From positions 128,001 to 192,000 of the forward strand of contig CAXWPJ010000009.1 in the NCBI GenBank assembly GCA_963664115.2: 64,000 bases of DNA. Reading direction: 5' to 3'. Both the position numbers and the translations under genes were made by a program. Every line of letters starts with the position of its first letter. Within the stretch, counting starts at the first letter, position 1. This document shows positions 36,245 through 44,800 of the stretch, in pieces. The stretch is from Terriglobia bacterium (lineage in GTDB: Bacteria; Acidobacteriota; Terriglobia; 20CM-2-55-15). The notes below the pieces were generated by a model. That model was not told the origin of the DNA. It ran no database searches and was given only the letters and a program-made list of their open reading frames with translations.

Positions 36245-36832
36245 GTGAACTCTTTAGCCCCCAACACTGTCCTTAAAAGTAGCGACCAGGACCAAGTTGT
36301 TCCTGCAGCAGCAGTTGGCTCTATCGATTTCGAACTGGCCGCCGAAGAACATCGACCGTACCTGATGCGCATCGCGGTCGCTTCCACCCGGAACGTGGCT
36401 GACGCTGAAGACGTCGTCCAGGAAGCACTGATGCGAGCCCACCGCGGACTCAAAAATTTCCGCGGTGATTGTCCGCTCCGGATGTGGATGGCGAGGATCG
36501 TTGTACGAGTCTCGATCAACCACCGTAAGAGTTTCATGCGGATGATCAAACGGTGGACGTTTTTCAGCGACCTTGAAAGGGAAGATTCCGACGGACAGGT
36601 CCGCACGTTTGATGCCGCCGACGGATCAAACCGCATCGACCGTGAGGCACTGATTGATGTGGACCGGCAGATGAAGCGCTTGCCCCAGGAATTCCGGGTA
36701 CCGCTGCTGATGCTGGCGGTGAAAGGTATGACCATTCCCGAAATCGCGGAAATCCTTCAGATCCCCGAAGGTACTGTGAAGTCGCGGATTTTCTACGGGA
36801 GAAAGCGCCTCAAGAAGGCCTTAAAACTATGA
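36245..36832 (+). CDS. ECF RNA polymerase sigma factor
   Basis: Region 2 DAEDVVQEALMRA...FRG..LRMWMARI; region 4 EIAEILQIPEGTVKSRIFYGR. Confidence 0.93.
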   Translation: MNSLAPNTVLKSSDQDQVVPAAAVGSIDFELAAEEHRPYLMRIAVASTRNVADAEDVVQEALMRAHRGLKNFRGDCPLRMWMARIVVRVSINHRKSFMRMIKRWTFFSDLEREDSDGQVRTFDAADGSNRIDREALIDVDRQMKRLPQEFRVPLLMLAVKGMTIPEIAEILQIPEGTVKSRIFYGRKRLKKALKL

Positions 36833-37668
36833 GCAACGATTGTCATTGGGTCGAGTCCCGACTGGAAGATTTTCTCTCCGATAATGCCGATTCGGAAGTC
36901 CGAGCGCGCGTCGAATCACACATCGAAACCTGCGATGCGTGCCGACAGGAGGTGGAAGGATACGGTGAGGTCAACAACCGGGTTCGGGCTTATTTTGAAC
37001 ATCAACTGGCCCGGGCGGAGGGTGGAACCCGCCTGAGCCTTCGACCGATCCGCCTGGCAGGAGCTTTCGCAGGTGCCGGAGCCATTGCCCTCGCGCTCTG
37101 GATGGGAATGGGCATGCCTGATCCGGAATTGGCACCCACGCTTGAACAGGCAGCGCTTGGAGACGCTACTGATGAGGGCCTTGTTATGAAGGCCGCTGAA
37201 GGAGGGGAGGCTCTTAGGGCCAAGCCTGCAGAGGGTGAAACGACCCCCGAACTTGATTTCCCGACGACGGATTCCAATGCCGTCGCTGCCCGGCCCCCAG
37301 GAGCAAATGCAGATTTCTACGTCACCGACACGGCCGGCTATTCGCAGACCTTGGCAGACTACTCGGGATCGATACTCGTCCTGGGAGTTTTCGGCGAAAA
37401 CGGGTATGACGCCTTCGAAGAGGCTCATGCCGCCTACGGATCGGACGCCCGCTTCAACTTTGTCGGCGTAGCTTTGAATTCCGACATACGCCCGGCAAAC
37501 ATCACATTTCCGTTGGTGTCCAACCGCGGCTCCTCGCTGATGGGAACGCCGGCAGGAACGTTCACGATCGTGGGGCCGGATGGGGCCATAATGCGGCGTG
37601 GATTGTTCGATGTGGATTCGCTGGTCGACGTTCTGGGGTCCAGTCTCGAGGAGTTGGGAGCGCGTTAG
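36829..37668 (+). CDS. Zinc-binding (zf-HC2) anti-sigma factor with TM and C-terminal redoxin-like domain
   Basis: HIETCDAC (HxxxCxxC), one TM, C-terminal DFYVTDTAGYSQTLADYSGSILVLGVF resembling AhpC/TSA starts; overlaps the sigma stop. Confidence 0.8.
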   Translation: MSNDCHWVESRLEDFLSDNADSEVRARVESHIETCDACRQEVEGYGEVNNRVRAYFEHQLARAEGGTRLSLRPIRLAGAFAGAGAIALALWMGMGMPDPELAPTLEQAALGDATDEGLVMKAAEGGEALRAKPAEGETTPELDFPTTDSNAVAARPPGANADFYVTDTAGYSQTLADYSGSILVLGVFGENGYDAFEEAHAAYGSDARFNFVGVALNSDIRPANITFPLVSNRGSSLMGTPAGTFTIVGPDGAIMRRGLFDVDSLVDVLGSSLEELGAR

Positions 37669-37690
37669 GGTCGTGGGTAGGAATTCGGTG

Positions 37691-38847
37691 CTAGTGTACC
37701 CCGCTCGAAGTAATGTAACTAAAATAGCTTTCCAACGTCCAATAGAGAATGAGGAAAGCACCGACCATTGAATTGGATGACAAGCAGCGGATGGAGTTGG
37801 AGCGACTGAGTCGAAGCCGGAGTACATCGGTCCGGTTGGCGGAACGATCCCGAATTGTATTACTGGCCGCTGAAGGTCGGAACAATTATGAGATCGCCGC
37901 CCGCTTGGAGATCACGCGCCAGAAAGCGGGCCGCTGGCGCAATCGTTTTGTGGAACAGGGCTTGGCTGGGATCGAAAAGGATGCGCCGCGAAGCGGACGG
38001 ATTCCCACGATCAGTCGCCGGAAGCGAGCCCGGATCGTCAAGAAGACACTGGAAGAGAAGCCCCCGAACGCGACGCACTGGAGTCGGGCCTCGATGGCGA
38101 AGGCCGTTGGCGTGAGCGAGTCCACGGTCGGGAAAATCTGGCGGGTCCATGGACTGAAGCCTCATCTGTCACGAACCTTCAAACTATCCAACGACAAACG
38201 ATTCGCCGAAAAGCTGGAGGATGTGGTCGGTCTGTATCTGAGCCCACCGGAAAACGCCATTGTCTTGTCCTGCGATGAGAAGAGCCAGATGCAGGCCCTG
38301 GACCGCACGCAACCCGGGTTACCTCTGAAGAAGGGGCGGTGTGGCACCATGACCCACGATTACAAACGTAACGGGACAACCACGCTTTTCGCCGCGCTCA
38401 ACATCCTGGACGGTTCGGTCATCGGAACCTGCATGCCAAAGCATCGCCATCAGGAATGGATCCGGTTTCTGAATCAGATCAAACGCGCCATGCCGAAAGA
38501 TAAGGAGATCCACATTATTTGCGACAACTATGCGACTCACAAACATCAGAAAGTCGTCAACTGGCTCAAGCGTAACAAGCGTTTTCATGTGCACTTCACG
38601 CCAACCAGTGCGTCGTGGCTCAACATGGTCGAGCGCTTTTTCCGGGATCTGTCCGAGCAACGACTCCGGCGTGGCGTTTTCCGCTCGGTCCCCGAGTTGA
38701 TCCAGGCCGTGGAGGACTACCTCGCTCGTCACAATGAAGACCCGAAACCCTTCATCTGGACTGCAACGGCTTCCGACATCCTTGCTAAAGTCCAGCGCGG
38801 CCGGCGAAATCTTGATAAGTTACAGTCTGTTTAACGGGGACCACTAG
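37691..38847 (+). mobile_element. IS630-family insertion sequence, element A copy 2 (inverted relative to copy 1)
   Basis: 1157 bp, CTAG-bounded, same IRs; transposase and all shadow ORFs identical to copy 1. Confidence 0.93.
37749..38834 (+). CDS. IS630-family transposase
   Basis: Identical 361-aa protein to 17047..18132. Confidence 0.96.
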   Translation: MRKAPTIELDDKQRMELERLSRSRSTSVRLAERSRIVLLAAEGRNNYEIAARLEITRQKAGRWRNRFVEQGLAGIEKDAPRSGRIPTISRRKRARIVKKTLEEKPPNATHWSRASMAKAVGVSESTVGKIWRVHGLKPHLSRTFKLSNDKRFAEKLEDVVGLYLSPPENAIVLSCDEKSQMQALDRTQPGLPLKKGRCGTMTHDYKRNGTTTLFAALNILDGSVIGTCMPKHRHQEWIRFLNQIKRAMPKDKEIHIICDNYATHKHQKVVNWLKRNKRFHVHFTPTSASWLNMVERFFRDLSEQRLRRGVFRSVPELIQAVEDYLARHNEDPKPFIWTATASDILAKVQRGRRNLDKLQSV

Positions 38848-38852
38848 GCGAA

Positions 38853-41800
38853 GTGCGGGGTTGGGCGTATCTGCGATCGGATGTGGCGCTGGTAGGAAGC
38901 GCGCTGTTGGGGACCGACAACGGATTTGCGCTGGTCAACGTCTCGGGCGCCGTGCTCGAAGCGGACTTCATACCGCCGGCCCAGGTGGTGGGATCGATCA
39001 GCGGCCGGGTGACCCAGGACGGTGTGGGCGTAGCGGAGGTGACGCTCTCCCTGGCGGGGACCCTACAAGCAACCACGGCGAGCGACAGTCAGGGTCGATA
39101 CAACTTTGGACAGTTACCAGCAGGGGAATACACGGTGACGGCCTCGCGTGTGGGGGCCCTGTTCGTACCCGGAGAACGCACGGTGACGCTGGGGCTGGAG
39201 AACGTGACGGACCAGGACTTCCAGGCCGGCGGGGTGATTCCCGCCGAAGTACCGGAGGTGAGGATTATTACGCCGTCGGCGGCGTTTCAAGGGACCGAGT
39301 TGCTGAACCTGACAATCCAGGGAGCAAACTTCAACCCGGCATCGGTGGTGGAGTTTGACGGGGAAGCCCTGCAGACGACGTTTGTGAGCGCGGGTGAGTT
39401 GCAGGCGGTCCTCTCTGCGGACTTGCTGGGAGAGACGGGGTCGGCCGACATACGTGTGGTGACGCCGCCGCCAGGTGGGGGCAGCTCATCGGCGGCTGTG
39501 TTTGTGGTGAACCTGGTGCCGGACAACCCGCTGATCGAAGGCCGGGTGGAGGTGGGTGCGTTTCCCGCTGGAGTGGCCATCGACCCCAACCGGCATATTG
39601 CTCTGGTCAGCAACGAAGGCGCGGACACGGTCTCGGTGATCGATCTGGAGACCTTGGAGGTGACGTCGACGATCGCGGTGGGGCGGAGTCCGGATGAGGG
39701 GATTGCGATTGATTCGGGACGGGATCTGGCCCTTGTGGCCAACGCGGGGGACAACAACGTATCGGTCATCGATCTGGAAACGAACACGGTGACGGGAACG
39801 ATCGATGTGGGCCGTTTTCCCATGGGGATTGCGATCGATCGGGGTGAGGCCGTCGCGATCGTGGTTAATGGAGCCGACGACACCGTCACCTTCATCGATG
39901 TGACGAACAACCAGGTGCTGGGGACGCTGGGTGTCGGGAGCCGGCCGGCCGGCGTGGCGGTCCACGACGGATTGGATATTGCCGTTGTGACCAACCGGGG
40001 ATCGGGTACGGTGAGCTTGATCGATGTGCGGACCCAGACCAGCGTGGGGACGATCGCGGTGGGGGACTTTCCCCGAGGCGTCGCGATCGACGAAGCAAAC
40101 GACCTGGCAGTCGTCGTGAACTCAAACAGCGACAGCGTGAGTCTGATCGATCTCAACGATCGGGAGTTGGTCGGCACGGTGAGTGTGGGGACCGCACCCA
40201 CCGCTGTGGCCATACATGAGGCCACAGGCCATGGCGTGGTGACCAACAGCGGAGTGACACGGGCGACGACGAGTCTGGGAGCGCTGACGACAGCGTCGAT
40301 CGTGAATATCAACAGCGCAGACCGGCTGGAAGACATCCCGGTCGGGAGCGCCGCATTCGGCGTGGCCGTGGATGAGGACCTGCAGCTGGCGGTGGTGGCG
40401 AACTTCGGTAGCAACGATGTGACGGTGATCCGGATTCCGAATCCCATTCCGCGAGTCAGCGATGTATCGCCGAAGACCTTTCCTGCTGGAGGGGGCGAGT
40501 TCACGATCACGGTGAGTGGAACGGGATTCCTGCCGACCTCTGTCGTGACCTTGAACGGAAAAAGTCTCCCGACGACCTTCGTGAGTTCGACGAGGTTGCG
40601 CGCTGTGGTATCGGCCGGCATAGTGGAAGACTTGTTGAACGTGAGTGCGTTGAGCGGCATGAGCGCCTTGAGTTTGAAGGATGCTGATCCACTGGTATCC
40701 GCTCAGCACATCACGGCGGAATTTAACGTCGGAGTTTCGAATCCAGGCCCGGGTGGGGGCCCCTCGCCCGAGCCACCGAACAGCGGAAGCAACGACATCG
40801 AGGTGGAGAACCCGGAACCGATCTTGCGGACGATATCGCCGAGACAGATCGACATCGGTGCCGACGAGTTTGTCTTGAGGTTGAGCGGGCGGAACTTTAA
40901 CCGGACCAGTGTGGTGAATTTCGGTTCGAGTAGGCATTCCGGGTTTGATGTGGACGAGACCTCGATACGAGTGCGGATACCGGGATCGGACCTGGTGATT
41001 GGTGAGACCGCGGTCTCGGTGACGAATCCGGAGCCGGGCGGAGGCACAAGCCGATCGTTGGAGTTCACGGTCACCGATCCGGCGAATCCGGCGCCGGTGA
41101 TCGAATCGGTGGATCCGCGCTCGGTGCCAGCCGGATCGGTGGCCTTGGGTTTGAGCATCGAAGGGAGTGGATTTATTCCCGGCGTGACGACGGTAAGATT
41201 GGATGGGGATAGGCTGGAAGCCACGGTGACGGAGACTTCGATCGATGCAGTGGTTCCGGCCGACTTGTTCGCGGTGCCGGAAACCTTGTCGGGCTTGGTC
41301 TTGAATCCGGAGCCCGGTGGGGGCACGGCGACGTTCTCGATCAACGTACTGAACCCGGAACCGACGATCGCCGGGTTTTCCCCGGAGACGGCAGAAGCGG
41401 GCATCTCCTTAGAGCTGACGGTACGGGGAACCGGGTTTGGACCGGCCTCAGAGATCACCCTCGACGCTACGCCGATCGACACCCGCTATGTGAGTGACAC
41501 CGAGTTGCTGGGTCGGGTCCCGGCCGGCTTATTGGAGAGTGGCGTGGAGCGCCGCATCGGGGTGCACAGTCCGCCGCCGGGCGGGGGCAGCGTGAGCGGT
41601 GGCGTTCTGGCGGTGGTGAATCCGGTTCCCGTTATTGAACGCGTGAACCCGGCCGAGGTGCATGTCGATGACCTGCCCGTGCGAGTCACGGTGCGGGGCA
41701 GCGGATTCTTGCCCAATTCCCGTGTGGAGTTGAATCAGCCGGTCGCGGTCACCGACCTCGAGATTTCAGGTAGCGAGACACTGAGCTTCACGGTGCCGGC

Positions 41801-44800
41801 TGATGCGGGAGCCGGGGTACACACGGTGACGGTCATTAACTCCGAACCGGGCGGTGGCGTATCCAACGGCGTGATGTTCACGATCACAGGAGCCCCGCCC
41901 GAGCTGACCGCCGTGAACCCGGACAGCGGGATCGCCGGCGTTGCGACGCGGATTGAAGTCAGGGGCCTGAACTTCGAGGAAGGCGCAGCGATTCTCTTCG
42001 ACGGCAGGTCCATTGGCACCCGGTTCGACTCGGAGACGTCGCTGTCGGGGACGATCCTGGCCGAGCTGCCCGGAGTGTTTGCTGTAGCAGTCGAGAACCC
42101 GGACGGGAAGACATCCAACAGTCGGGACTTCACGGTCCTGGTGGGGCCGAACCCCGAGCCCCGGATCAGCGATCTCAACCCAGATCCGTCCGACGTACAG
42201 CCTGGGAATCGGGTGACGATTCGCGGTTCAGGGTTCATCGAAGAAAGCGAGGTGACGATTGATGGGCGCCGGGTTGCTATCGAGGTCTTAAGCGATAGCC
42301 GAATCCGGTTCACCGCCCCAAACCTCAGCGTTGGCGGTCACAGGTTGAGGGTGATCAATCCCGCATCGGAAGGCGGCGGCGGTGGCAGGGACTCTCTGAG
42401 TTTCGATACTGTCTCGCACGAAGTCGTTGCAGACGTCTCCTTCAAGCTGGTGCGGGACCCGACGCTGATCGTCGAGGGTGAAGAAGCTATTATCGCACTG
42501 AGCCTGAGCGAAGCGCTGGACTTTGATCTGGAAGTCACCATAACCGTCGCAGACTCGAGTGTGGCTAAGATCGTGGACGAGGGCGATGAGGTGACGTCGT
42601 CGACGGGTACGATCCATGCTGGAGAAGTGCACGGGTCCGGGCCGATCAAGGGTTTAGCGGAAGGGACGACAACGGTGAAAGTCACCGCGGACGGATTTGA
42701 TACGGTGACGGCGACAATTCGCGTCATGCCGGCGGAGGGCGACGGCATTATCGACAGCGTGTCTCCGGCGAGCATCATCATTCCGGTCGGGGGCTCGTCC
42801 TCGTTCACCGTGACCCGGTTTGAAGACACCCAGGGCGCTCCCATCGCAATCGGGACCAGCACGGCACCGAACGACATCGCCGGCGTGGAATCGGGTCTGA
42901 CCTTCGGGGCGAATTCGCTGACGGTTTCGGGGACGGTCAACGGACTCGCAGCAGGATCCAACACCTTGAAGGTTGCCGGTGTCGATGCGCCGTCGCTGCT
43001 ATCGGACCACGTGATCAACTTCATCCCGCCCGATGTCGATTTGCCGCCGACCGTAGATCTGCAGACGACGGGGCTGGAAATCGAGTTCGAGGACGATGAC
43101 GATGACTATGAAGTGCGAGCGCTCCCGTTCACCTTCCCGTTCTTCGGCGGCGAAGAAGACTCGGTCTTCCCCTCCACGAACGGCTACGTGACCTTTGGCG
43201 CCGGCGACGACGAGTACGAGTGGGACGATCCGGAAGAGTTCCTGTCGATACCGCGCGCCGCCCCGTTTGCGACCGACCTGATATTGGTAGAAGACAGCAG
43301 TGTCTTTACGAACGAGATCACGATCGCGGGCGGCGACGCCTTCGTCGTGACCTACGAAGACATGGGTATCTACGACGAGCCCGACCTCGGCGGCATCCAC
43401 ACCTTCCAGGTCGTTCTATTCGAGACCGGGGCGATCCAGTTCCGCTACGGCGACATCAATAACGCGCCCTCCGAAACCGAAGAAGACGTCTGGGTCGGCG
43501 TCTCGCCGCAGCCGCCGAAGTTCGATGAGCCTTTTTCCGTATGGGGTGATGGCACACATCTTTACGTCGCGGACAGCGACAACGACGCCATTCGCCGCGT
43601 CTCACTGGAAACACGTGAGGTCACGACCTTTGCCGGAGGAACGAACGGCGATACCGACGGGATCGGCACGGCCGCCCAGTTCGACGAACCGCGCGGGATC
43701 ACGGGCGATGGCAACGGGAACCTGTACGTCGCCGATCGAGCCAACCACACGATCCGAAAGATCGCGATCGCGACCGGTGAGGTGACAACACTGGCTGGCG
43801 ATCCCAGCAACCAAGGCGATGAAGACGGAATCGGTTCGGCGGCTAGATTCTTTAGACCGCGGGACCTTGAGATCGTCGGAGGGGATCTCTACGTTACGGA
43901 CCGGGACAACCACACGATCCGCAAAATCGTGATCGGGACCCGCGATGTGACGACGTTTGCCGGTTCTGCGGGTGACGAGGGTTCCGATGATGGAATAGGA
44001 ACGGCTGCCCAGTTCGACCGACCACGCGGAATATGGTCCGACGGCACCTTCCTGTACGTTACCGACGATTTCAATCACACGGTGCGCAAGATCGAGATCG
44101 CGACGGCTGAAGTGACGACGTTTGCCGGCAAGATCGAGATCGCGACGGCTGAAGTGACGACGTTTGCCGGCCTAGCCGACTCCGCCGCCGACGATGACGG
44201 CATCGGATCGGCTGCACGCTTCGATCGTCCGGACGGCATAGACGGCGATGGCACCTATCTCTATGTTACCGAACGGGATAATGCCACGGTCCGGAGGATC
44301 GAGATCGCGACGCGCGAAGTGACGACTCTGGCCGGTGGCACTTTCGGTTTTGAAGACGGCGTCGGTACCGCGGCAAAGTTCCGGACTCCCTCTGGGGTCT
44401 GGCTAGACGGCAACGAGTTGTACATCGCGGATGAAGAAAACAACCTGATACGCAGACTGGACCTGACGAGTGGCGTCGTCGACACTTTCTCCGGCACCTT
44501 AAGTTTCGCCGGTTCCGGAATAAGTCCGGGCCTGATCAACGGTGTGGGAGCCCTCACCGACGACAGCGACGAGACACCGCTCAACAGTAACTACACGTTG
44601 GCCAGGGGCTTCATCTTCGACAAGTTCAATCCGGTCTCCGACAAGCTGATCTCGATTCCCGTCACGGTTACCGGCACGCCGACGCTGACCGGCGCCAGTC
44701 CAGATACTGGTGGAACGAGTAGCTCGTTAACTGTGACGCTGACAGGGACAGGTTTTGTCCCCGGCGGTACCACGGTCTCCGTTTTGGGAAGTGATGTCAC

